The notes below the pieces were generated by a model that had not been told where the DNA came from, searched no databases, and saw nothing but the letters and a program-made list of their open reading frames with translations. The position numbers were made by a program, and so were the translations under genes. A stretch of 64,000 bases of DNA from an uncultured virus (IMG/VR IMGVR_UViG_3300036832_000815) (lineage: Duplodnaviria; Heunggongvirae; Uroviricota; Caudoviricetes): the IMG/VR virus record IMGVR_UViG_3300036832_000815; one strand, 5' to 3'. Numbering within the stretch: position 1 is the stretch's first letter; each line of letters begins with the position of its first letter. This document shows positions 20,430 through 29,623 of this stretch, piece after piece.

Positions 20430-22386
20430 TGCCCGGCCCTCGCGGCACCTTCACCGAGGAGGAGGCCTGGGAGCGCTCCGCTCACTTCGCCGCTCCCCAT
20501 TGCCGTCGCTGTCACGGCCAGGGCACCTACTGGATCTACATGGGCGGGGAGCAGTCCGCCATCCATCTCTGCCATTGCGTCCGCAACAAGGCCGGGTTTG
20601 TGCCCGGCATCATCTACAGCCGGGAGCGGGCCAATGGCTAGGGGCGGCGGCAAGCGCTTCGAGGTCTGCCCCAAGTGCGGCAAGAAGGGCTTCTACGTGG
20701 AGCATGGCTGGTCCATGAACCCTGCCGGGTCCATGCGTTGTCGCTACTGCTACCACACCCAGCTACCGGACCAGGTCTCCATCTTGGAGGTCCCCGATGT
20801 GCCCGACACCTACTTCGACCGCCTGGACGCCGCCCTGGACACCTTCCAGTGGGCCTACCAGGACCGCGAACACAACCGGGGCGAGATCCACCTCGATCGA
20901 GAGGCCCGTGACGGGGCCGGAGAGCTTGTCATGTCCATCTTCGTGGCCGACACCGCCGATGAGTCCTACGACCCCCAGGAGACCCCTCTGGTGCCTCTGG
21001 TGGGCCGCTACCCGGTCGATACCTACAAGGACCCTCAGGCCATGATCCGGGAGGCCATCCACGCCTACGTGTGCCATGAGGCCGACGAGCAGATGTGGTT
21101 CGACAACGAGCGCATCTTCGATCCTCACCGGGAATCCGCATGAGCGATTTCAATGAGGGGAATGCTCCTCGCGATGATGAGCAGGATCGTTTTAAGCGAT
21201 TTTCCGATGAGATCGATCGGATGTCCCACTATGGCGAGATTGCTGATCAGCTAGCGCAAATAGGCTATTCTCCTGCTCAGTTAGTCCAGTTGTTTTCTCT
21301 TTCGCATACCTTATTAGGACAGATCCACCATTTGGCCGAAGTGGAACTGGCAGACTATACCGGCATTGAGATCACCGATCCTGGCTTTGGAACGCTACAG
21401 CGGATTCGGGATATCTTGAACTGGGTCGTAGATCCTCAAGATGATAACCTGACGATACAACAGGATTATATGCGTGCTTGGTGGGAGATCTTCGGTCCCC
21501 CGGAGCAATATCCAGGAGATATCTTCCATTGAGGAGATCTGATGCCTAAGCCCAAGACCCTACGCATCGTCATGGCCTGCACCGAGCCCGACCACAAGGC
21601 CCACTGGCACGTCACCCAGCGCAAGTGCAACTACTCGGCCTTCAACGGCTACCACTACACGCGCAGCGACTACAGTCAGGTGCGCTGCCCCATCGATGGT
21701 AAGACGTGGCGCTCGAAGGGTGCTTACGTCGATGCCCTGCCTGATGCTCCGGCTGATTGGAGCCGAGGTGCCTAGACCGGGACCTAGACCCCAGAAGGGC
21801 ACGCCCGAGTACAAGCTGTGGATCGAGGCCATCGAGGTGGCCCTGGCCGCTCCCATGCATCAGAACGAGAACGCCTACGCGGCCAAGATCCCCTGGTCGC
21901 GCATCCACAAGCTGCGGGCCGCCCTGGAGGGGGTGGGCATCGACTGGAAGGCGGCCAAGGAGGTCCAAGACGGCCCCAAGCCCGAGCGCAGCTACCAGCG
22001 CCATGAGCCCTCCGGCCAGCGTGAGTACGAGCCCGACGGTGACTACCTCTGCACCTGCGGGGCGCGCCAGTCCTTCTTGATCCCCATGCAAGCCTGGATG
22101 TGTTCGGCCCTGGGCCGACCCACGGCCGCCTTCGACAAGATTCCTCCGCCCGAGGAGCATGCGACAATGGACCATGGCGCAGAACCCTGACCTCATGTCC
22201 GCCATCGGCGGTGCCCTGCCCGGAGCCTGCAGCGCGGCCGGGTCCTCCGGCGACTGGACCGGGGCGGCGGCCCAGACCTTCCTGACCGGCCTGGAGAACC
22301 GCGGCTACACGGTGGTGCCCATGGTCACCACGCCGGTCAGCTACCAGGATCCGGGCATCCAGAACTACACCCCGACCACGGGTTGA
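20429..22386 (+). other. Small hypothetical CDS: 20429-20641, 20634-21143, 21140-21532, 21542-21775, 21768-22190, 22174-22386
   Basis: Mostly overlapping ORFs, several with CxxC; 21140-21532 is lower GC. Confidence 0.6.
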
Positions 22387-22411
22387 TCTCTCTAAGCAAA
22401 CCTGCTAACGT
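22383..22411 (+). promoter_or_regulatory. Repeated leaderless promoter
   Basis: TTGATC-TCTCTAAGCAAACCTGC-TAACGT, ATG at 22418. Confidence 0.85.
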
Positions 22412-22417
22412 GCGGCC

Positions 22418-22672
22418 ATGTTCACGGCCGACAAGCGGTGGTTCATCTGCAGCCACGCCCTGGAGCGCATGATCGAGTTCGGCCTCGATCGGGCCACCGT
22501 GGTGGACATCTGCGACGACCCCGAGGTCAGCTACCCGCCCTACCTGAACCGCAACGAGCGGCGCATCTACGTCAAGGGGGAGTTCGCGGTGGTGGCCCAC
22601 CCGGCCGACAAGGTCATCATCACTGTGTTGCGGAACCTGCCCGAGTGGTGGCACCGCATCCTGCCCGCCTGA
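22418..22672 (+). CDS. DUF4258-like (RelE-related) small protein
   Basis: SHALERM..GL..ATV..I..DP...RRIY...VIITVL. Confidence 0.6.
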   Translation: MFTADKRWFICSHALERMIEFGLDRATVVDICDDPEVSYPPYLNRNERRIYVKGEFAVVAHPADKVIITVLRNLPEWWHRILPA

Positions 22673-22673
22673 C

Positions 22674-22702
22674 TTGACTCCTCTAAGCAAACCTGCTAAC
22701 GT
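22674..22702 (+). promoter_or_regulatory. Repeated leaderless promoter
   Basis: TTGACT-CCTCTAAGCAAACCTGC-TAACGT, ATG at 22710. Confidence 0.85.
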
Positions 22703-22709
22703 TCCTGCC

Positions 22710-24137
22710 ATGACCACCACCGAAGTACCCATCAACGTGCAAGACCTGCACATCGTGGTCGCCGCCTTAGGCGGTCTGACCAACAAAGCCTTCATCGGCT
22801 ACACCGCCGTGACCGGCCCCATGTCCTACGACGAGGCCCTCAAGGTCTGGGAGGACCGGGAGCGGCTGCGCTCCGACCACTCTCGCAGGCGCAACAGCCA
22901 CATCCTGCACTACGCCGTGCGCTCGATCGATGACCCCCGCTTCGCTCCCCTGATCGGTCGGGGCTACGCCGATGGTCGCACCCGCGACGGCCTGCGTGGC
23001 AACGGCGACTACGGCCGGGTCAAGGCCGCTCGGGCCTGGGCCAAGCTGTACGGCTACAAGGGCGCAGGCGGCGGCTGGATCTACGACACCAAGGGCCGCA
23101 CCGTCTGCCAGGGCTGGCAGAGCTTCGCGGAGTACCTGCGCCGCAACGGCAAGATCGTCAGGGGCTCCGATGACCTCTGGTACGTCATCGACCGGGAACT
23201 GGTGGCCTGACATGACCAAGCTCACCACCCGCCAGCGTGACAAGCTGATCGAGGCGGCCCAGACCGCCATCGAGTTCACCGTCCTCGGCACCGGGGAGTT
23301 CCCCTTCGACATGCTGCGCCATGACCGGGCCTGGCCTGCCACCGAGTCCGACGCCCGCAAGCTGGAGTCCCCAGGCTACGGCCGAGAGGCCATCAACTAC
23401 CGCAACGTCGAGCGGGCCATCAAGCTGCGCGGCCTGGTCGGTCCCACCGTGGCCCGTTGGGCCAGCTTCGGCTGGACGGCGGTGCCCTCATGACCGCCAC
23501 CCAGACCCCCGTCATCGACCGCATCAACGCCAGCCCCGAGCCTGAGGTCCTGGCTCCTATCACCCTCGACGCCGCCACCTACGTTCACGCCGACTCCCGC
23601 CACCTCTCCCGCATCTTGAAAACCGCCGGTCTGCCCCGCGCCAACAACGACCGGGGCGGTCACAGCGGCTTCGGCTTCTACGTCACCGAGTCCAGCGTCA
23701 GCGTCCACACCAACTGGTTGGGTGGCAGCGAAGAGGAGCGGGCCAAGATCCTCATGGACCAGATAGTGGCCATCCTGCGCGAGCGGGGCTTCGTGGTCAC
23801 CGGCCTGGGCACCTACAGCCGATACGTCTTTAAGGCCGAACCCGATCACGCCTGGTACAACCTGCACCCGGTCTACGTGGACGCCGGGGACGGCTCCCTG
23901 GTCAACGCCCACCGGGTCCCGGCCTTCGTGGCCGAGCAGAAGGCACGGGCCGATCGCGACCAGAAGGCCCGCAAAGAGGCTCAGGCGGCTGCTCAGGCCC
24001 GTCAGGACCGCCGGGACGAACTCATCAAGGATCTGGCCAAGCAGGGCCTGGCCGTCGATCGCTGCGCCTCCTACCAGATCACCATCGACGCCGACGCCTT
24101 CATCACCTGGTTAGGACGGGAGCCCGAGACTGATTGA
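22710..24137 (+). other. Three CDS: 22710-23210 (MTTT start), 23212-23493, 23490-24137
   Basis: Closely packed ORFs after the promoter. Confidence 0.65.
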
Positions 24138-24163
24138 CTTCCTCTAACCTAACCTGTTAGGCT
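24134..24163 (+). promoter_or_regulatory. Promoter copy not followed by an ATG
   Basis: TTGACT-18-TAGGCT with CTCTAAC-CT-AACCTG spacer. Confidence 0.7.
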
Positions 24164-24169
24164 GACCAC

Positions 24170-24375
24170 CTGACTGATCCTTCTCACTGATCCTCCGAGG
24201 CCGGGTGCAGCGGCCACACCCGCCAGGCCCGGCGAAGCGAGGCCCGCCCCTCCGCTTTGCCCCTCGGCCTCGGGGGAACCTTCGCCTCGACGGTGCTTAG
24301 TACTGTGGTGGTCATAGCACCGTCTGAGGCCGCCAACACCGCCGCCATCCCTCACCGGGTGGCGGCGGTGTTTTT
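24170..24375 (+). ncRNA. Candidate ~200-nt structured small RNA
   Basis: Between promoter and terminator; stems 24192-24205/24263-24276, 24231-24239/24253-24261, 24284-24297/24316-24330. Confidence 0.6.
24335..24375 (+). terminator. Intrinsic terminator
   Basis: AACACCGCCGCCATCC / GGGTGGCGGCGGTGTT stem ending in a T5 run. Confidence 0.8.
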
Positions 24376-24377
24376 CG

Positions 24378-24878
24378 TCAGGGCACCGATTGGGCCTGAG
24401 TGGCGGTTTTGGAGTTGGCCAGCAGGCTCTTGGCCAGGTTCATGGAGTTGGTCATCTGCTGGGCGGCGAAGCTCAGCACCGTCTTGATCTGGGCGTCGGC
24501 GGCCGGGTCATGACCGCGCAGGGCCGGGTCGATCTCCAGGCCGGTGTCCCGCAGGAAGCGCTGGAAGGCGTCCCAGGTGATCCAGTTGGCGTGGTCCCGG
24601 TGGTTCTTCTCGATCAGGTTCGGGTGGCTGCCGGGCTTGGCCATGATCTTCCAGCGGGCGATGCGGCCGTAGCCCTCGCAGGCGATGGTGTAGCGGGTCT
24701 GCCGCCGGGAGGAGCCCTGGATGCGGCGGTAGTCCTGCAGCCACATGCTCATCTCGTCCACGGTGATATGCATCAGGGCGGCCAGGGTGGCGGCCCGTAC
24801 CCCGCCGGGGTCGATGCCCTTGCGACCGGCCATGGACACGATGTAACGATCGAGGGCATCCTCCACGATATGGCTCAT
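24378..24878 (-). CDS. Hypothetical protein, possible winged HTH
   Basis: ATGA overlap with upstream minus gene; RAATLAALMHITVDEMSMWL. Confidence 0.65.
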   Translation of the reverse strand: MSHIVEDALDRYIVSMAGRKGIDPGGVRAATLAALMHITVDEMSMWLQDYRRIQGSSRRQTRYTIACEGYGRIARWKIMAKPGSHPNLIEKNHRDHANWITWDAFQRFLRDTGLEIDPALRGHDPAADAQIKTVLSFAAQQMTNSMNLAKSLLANSKTATQAQSVP

Positions 24879-25750
24879 GATCCGATCCCCATCTCGGCCA
24901 TCCAGGTCAGGTCGTCCTGGGTGAGTTCACCGTGGGTCTTGAACATGGCGATGTAATGCTCCAGGCGGACCAGTTCGCCGTCCACCTCGGCCTGCTCTTC
25001 GGGGGTGTCCAGGCCGTACTCCTCCTGGCACAGGATGGCCTCGGCCATGGCGGAGGTGGCGTTGCGGATGGCCGCCGCGATGAGCGAGGTCCGTAGGGTC
25101 TTGGCCGTGCGGGTGGCGTGACGGCGGGTCTGCTTGCGGGTCTCCTCCTCGTCGTAGGGCTCGGCCTCGACGCGGGCCTCGATGGCCGCCTCCTCCACCA
25201 TCTCGATGGCCACCGGGTTGGAGGCGATGGCGGCGGCCACGGCCTCGGTGACGCTGTGGGCCACCATCTCGGGATGGTCCTCGGCCAGCCGTCCCAGGAC
25301 GATCTCGGCCGTGCGCTCGTCCAGGTTTGAGGCCAGCACCTCAGCGTCGAGGTCCTGACGGTCCAGGCTGCGGGCCACCGTCTTCTCGTCTTTGCGGATG
25401 TAGCGGGTAGGGTCCCGATCGGCCAGTTCGGCCCAGGAGGCGGAGGGAAGCTCGACCCGGTCACCCGGCGCGGCCTCGACGGCCAGGCCCTCGTTGATGG
25501 CGTTCTGCCAGGAGTTGCGGTAGCGGCGCACGGTGTCCTGGGCGCGCAGCCCGCCGATGCCTAGCTGGGCGAAGTCCCGGATGGTAGATCGCACTGAATG
25601 TCGTGCGATCTGGGGGCCGGGCTTGCCCTCGTAGGTGAAGGCGAACACGATGACGCTGCGTTCCCATTCCTTGGCCGTCAACAGCCCCTCGATGCCTTCG
25701 AGGGCAGCTATAGCCTCACGAAGAGTTCCTGGTATTTTTATGGTCGTCAA
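24875..25750 (-). CDS. Hypothetical protein, possible DNA-binding
   Basis: TTG start with AAGGAG upstream; TIRDFAQLGIGGLRAQDTVRRY HTH-like segment. Confidence 0.7.
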   Translation of the reverse strand: MTTIKIPGTLREAIAALEGIEGLLTAKEWERSVIVFAFTYEGKPGPQIARHSVRSTIRDFAQLGIGGLRAQDTVRRYRNSWQNAINEGLAVEAAPGDRVELPSASWAELADRDPTRYIRKDEKTVARSLDRQDLDAEVLASNLDERTAEIVLGRLAEDHPEMVAHSVTEAVAAAIASNPVAIEMVEEAAIEARVEAEPYDEEETRKQTRRHATRTAKTLRTSLIAAAIRNATSAMAEAILCQEEYGLDTPEEQAEVDGELVRLEHYIAMFKTHGELTQDDLTWMAEMGIGS

Positions 25751-25871
25751 CGCACTCTCCTTGTCTCAGGCCACCCTGCCCCTTGGGAAAGCACATCCAT
25801 GCATAGCGGTGGTCTGGCAAGGATACCTGTGAACTCCCACCACATCAAGCGTTAAATGCCAACGATGACAT

Positions 25872-25907
25872 TTATCGACGGTGAGGGGGAGTTATCGACG
25901 GTGAGGG
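25872..25907. repeat. 16-bp direct repeat TTATCGACGGTGAGGG x2
   Basis: Copies at 25872-25887 and 25892-25907. Confidence 0.85.
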
Positions 25908-25913
25908 TGAGAG

Positions 25914-26222
25914 ATGACCAGAGTTACATCAACGGAGCGAGCCGAGATCATGGCCCAGGCCCTGGCCGCCAAGTTCTTCGATGATGAGCATTGGGAGTGG
26001 AACCAGGTGGCCGACTGGCTGCTGGACACCTACCTGCCCCTCGAAGCCCGCCTGCGCCGTCTGAGAGCCCTCCTGGACCTGCAGGGGGTCACCTACGTGA
26101 CCTGGGAGGAGCCCGAGCCCGACGAGACCGCCCAGGTCATCTTGGACGGCTTGGGCATGCGGCTGGGCGTGCGTCGAGAGCGCGGCCGCAATCTACGGGT
26201 GCTGCTCCTGGGGGTGACTTGA
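25914..26222 (+). CDS. Hypothetical protein
   Basis: 102 aa; stop lies in the next promoter's TTGA. Confidence 0.6.
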   Translation: MTRVTSTERAEIMAQALAAKFFDDEHWEWNQVADWLLDTYLPLEARLRRLRALLDLQGVTYVTWEEPEPDETAQVILDGLGMRLGVRRERGRNLRVLLLGVT

Positions 26223-26247
26223 CCGCTCTAAGGAAACCTGCTAACTT
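26219..26247 (+). promoter_or_regulatory. Repeated leaderless promoter
   Basis: TTGACC-GCTCTAAGGAAACCTGC-TAACTT, ATG at 26256. Confidence 0.85.
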
Positions 26248-26255
26248 GGGTCCTG

Positions 26256-27083
26256 ATGAGCAACCACCACAGTGAGGACATCCAAGTGACCGCCACCGTC
26301 AACATCTCCCGCGACGACCTGATCGCCGCCATGAACGCCAACAAGCCCGCCCCCCGGCCCCTGACCACCACCGAGCAGTCCGCCGCCGCGGGCTCCAAGT
26401 TCGCCCGCCCTGACACCGCCCGCCAGCAGGCCGCCGTGGCCCCCCAGTCCAAGCCCGAGCCCAAGGCCGCCCAGCCCGCCACCGAGCCCCAGTACAGCTA
26501 CCTCCGCAAGCTGCTGGCCGAGCGGGTGGGCATCACCGAGGCCGAGGACATCCGCAACGCCCTCAACCAGGCCCGCACCAACAAGACCCTGGATCGGGGC
26601 ATGGCCTCAGAGTTCATCACCCGCCTGCTGGCCATCCGGCCCAACCCGGTCGCTGCCCCTGCGCCTGCTGCTCCGGCCCCCAAGTCCGACGACGCCTGGA
26701 AGCGCCCGGACTGCGTGCCCGACGGCAACTACGCCCTGACCGCCGAGGACGGCCTGGTCAAGTTCTACGAGGTCAACACCAACCAGGGCGTGTGCTGGGT
26801 CAGCGTGCATGCCTCCGACGAGCGCTACAACCTCAAGGGCCGGGCGCGCCACCAGGTCCTCGACGCCATCGCCGCCGATCCCGTGGCGGCCCAGCGCCTG
26901 TACGGCTACAAGAGCCTGCGCTGCGGGCGCTGCGGCCGGGAGCTTTCCCTGGTCCAGAGTCGGGCCACCGGCTTCGGCCGCACCTGCGCTGGCAAGCTTG
27001 GGGTGGAATACCTGGGCGAGGCCGATGCCCGTGCCCTGCTGGCCGAGGGCAACATCTCGACCGAAGGGCTGAGTGACCTGTGA
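26256..27083 (+). CDS. DUF6011-like zinc-ribbon phage protein
   Basis: CGRCGRELS..QSRATGFGRTCA. Confidence 0.7.
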   Translation: MSNHHSEDIQVTATVNISRDDLIAAMNANKPAPRPLTTTEQSAAAGSKFARPDTARQQAAVAPQSKPEPKAAQPATEPQYSYLRKLLAERVGITEAEDIRNALNQARTNKTLDRGMASEFITRLLAIRPNPVAAPAPAAPAPKSDDAWKRPDCVPDGNYALTAEDGLVKFYEVNTNQGVCWVSVHASDERYNLKGRARHQVLDAIAADPVAAQRLYGYKSLRCGRCGRELSLVQSRATGFGRTCAGKLGVEYLGEADARALLAEGNISTEGLSDL

Positions 27084-27499
27084 TGGCCGTCGTCCTGATC
27101 CTGGTGGTGTTCCCCCTGCTCTGCGGGGGGATCGTCACCTACTTCACCCAGGCCCGGATCAACCGGGAGCGGCGGGCAGCCTCCGAGACCACCCCGGTTG
27201 TTGATAATGGCCTGCGGGTCCTGGACGGCGTCACCTACTGGCGTCACCCGGATGGCGTCTTCCGGGCCTATGCACCGGTCAGCCAGCCCGGCTGGCGGCC
27301 CACGCCGGGACAAGTCCTCGGGGCCGGAGCCATCGGCTTCGCGGCCGGGGTCGCCTGGGAGCATCACCACCAGCAGATGGATGATCTCCGGGCGGCCGAG
27401 TCGGCCAACTACGAGACCACCATGAACCACCTCCTGCACCATCCGCCCGGCTGGCAATACCCCGAGGCCCAGGCCCATCACCATCATCACGGCTGGTGA
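27080..27499 (+). CDS. Membrane-anchored His-rich protein
   Basis: N-terminal TM segment; ends AHHHHHGW. Confidence 0.65.
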   Translation: MMAVVLILVVFPLLCGGIVTYFTQARINRERRAASETTPVVDNGLRVLDGVTYWRHPDGVFRAYAPVSQPGWRPTPGQVLGAGAIGFAAGVAWEHHHQQMDDLRAAESANYETTMNHLLHHPPGWQYPEAQAHHHHHGW

Positions 27500-27645
27500 T
27501 CATGGCCCATCACCGCAGGTCCGACACCCAGTACTTCGGGCCGTTCAAGACCGTGTAAGAGGCCAACGCCTGGTGTTTGTCCCATCCTGACGTTCGAGGT
27601 ATCATCCTGCCCATGTGGCTCACCGTGGATTGGAACCGGCGCTAG
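27496..27645 (+). pseudogene. Small ORF interrupted by in-frame TAA
   Basis: YFGPFKTV*EANAWCLSH...; TAA at 27556. Confidence 0.4.
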
Positions 27646-27753
27646 TTCCTCTGAAGTGTAGTGGCGGCACCACAAAGAGTTGCGCTTGACTTAGGAAGAG
27701 GATTACGCTCGTATTTTATAGGTCATTTTGAAGAAAGGACCTGGCATCGTCTA

Positions 27754-29591
27754 ATGCCTACTGCGGCCAAGAAACCTCGTCGGGACCGCTACACCGGTCC
27801 CATCAAGCTCGAAGACACAAAGATGGAGACGATTGAGCGGAAAACGAACGTGCCCAAGGTCGATCTGCGTGACTACATCGAGGGGCTGAAGGCGTCCAAG
27901 ACCTCCGGGCAATCGGTGGGGCATACCATCGTGGAAGCGAGCGTCAACATCCTCAAGAGCCGGTACCGCCAGGCGGCCGGGCAACTGGGCTACGGGGTCA
28001 GCTTCACCCTCATCCCGGCCGGGTCCGAGCTAGCCCAGGAGCGGGGCTATGACCTGGGCGACGGAGACGCCCGCCTGCTGGTCACAGCCGGTGAGAAGCA
28101 GGTCCGGGCACCCAAGCCGCCCGAGGCCGCCAACGGGGCTCCTGGAGGCGCTGAGGGGTCCCAGGACGGCTCTCAGGCCCCGAGTCCTCCCACGGCCGAG
28201 GAACTGGCCGAGACGGCCGAAGTGGTGGCCGCTCAACCGGCTAGCTGAGCCTGCTGGCTGACCATATCCCCCTACCATCGAGGAGCGATGCCCTCGAAGT
28301 TCTATCGTCCACGGGGCGAGACTCCCATCCCGGAGATCAGTCCCGACGAGGCCACTCAGCGCGTCGATCGACTGAACACCCTCCAGACCATGATCACCAA
28401 CGGCATGTGCGCCTCGGCGCACTATCTGGCCCGTCAGTACGGGATCCAGTTCAAGCCCGAGACCCTCAAGTCTTGGGCGCGTGATCCCCACGCCGGGCCG
28501 TACTACGACCATCGCCGCACCTACGCCGTCCTGGTCCGCCTGGCCGAGGTCGAGCATCAGCCTATCTCGGTGCAGCCGGTGCGACGGCACATGCGAAGGT
28601 TTGTGAGAAGCTCGGCGCTAGTGGCCTAGCCAACTAAGCTGAGTTAGCGTGAAGATTCGGATGCTTTTCTCGTTGCGACCTATGTGGCAACGAGATGATA
28701 TCTACACCACCGACGAACAAGGCCGCTTTACAGATCGCCAGGGCTACGTGATGAGTATCAGCACCTTGGCCAAAGACACGGTGTACGTCATCTTGGAAGA
28801 TGACTAACATCATATATCTTTGACATCATCGGGGGGAAGCTCCCTTGTAGTAGGTGATGATCAAAAACCTCAACATCGGGGACATCGTGCGAGTGCGGGC
28901 CAGAGACGCCCAGCCCCAACTCGTCGCCTTATGGGACGTGTCCCGACCCAAGTACGTGCAGGGCATCCTCATCCACACCAGCCCGGAGATGGCCACCGAC
29001 GAGGACGTGGTGCTGGCCCGTAAGACCACCGAGCCCATCGAGGTGCCCGCCTTCCTGCGCCAGCAGTACCCCGACCTGCCCGAGCAGTGGACCGAGGAGC
29101 GCCTGGTGGGCACCGTCACCCCCTACCCGCTGGTGCTGTGCTGCGACCTCTACGGCCAGTTCCTTCGCACCCAGGTGGACGCCCGCGTTGCCAACGTGGG
29201 GGCCTTCCCGGTGGGCCACCCCCTGCTGCGCCCGGCCGAGATCGCCACTGCCCTGGGCGGCTACCGGGGTCTGCCCATCTGGCACAACAGCCCCCGCTGG
29301 AACGAGAAGGTCCGCCTCCTGGAGGAGGACCTGCGCCCCCTCACCTATCCCTTCTGGCAGGGCTTCCGCTGGTAGCTAAAGTAAGCTGGGATGGCCGATC
29401 GTAAGCGCTATGCAGACTTCATAGAACGGCTCGGTATCTTGGAGGATATCAAGATGCCTGCATCTCAGAAGTTTTTGCTCCATCTCCAGCTAGGGGCGTA
29501 TTACGACGAGACGGTGAGTGATGCTCAGCTTGCTGAGGTCTTCGAGAACGTCGATCGAGCCATAGCCAGGTTCAAGGGTGGCCCGACTTGA
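27754..29591 (+). other. Hypothetical CDS: 27754-28248, 28288-28629, 28649-28807, 28854-29375, 29391-29591
   Basis: ORFs with plausible starts; 28649-28807 hand-translated (52 aa). Confidence 0.55.
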
Positions 29592-29616
29592 CGCCTCTAA
29601 GATAACCTGATAATGT
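29588..29616 (+). promoter_or_regulatory. Repeated leaderless promoter
   Basis: TTGACG-CCTCTAAGATAACCTGA-TAATGT, ATG at 29624. Confidence 0.85.
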
Positions 29617-29623
29617 GCCTGCC

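Noticed and set aside
28820..28853. sigmaA promoter at TTGACA 28820
   Set aside because: No TANNNT hexamer at 16-19 nt spacing.
9399..29616. CRISPR array or integron attC sites for the dispersed repeat
   Set aside because: Copies are hundreds to thousands of bases apart, non-palindromic and have promoter geometry; no cas gene or integrase is seen.
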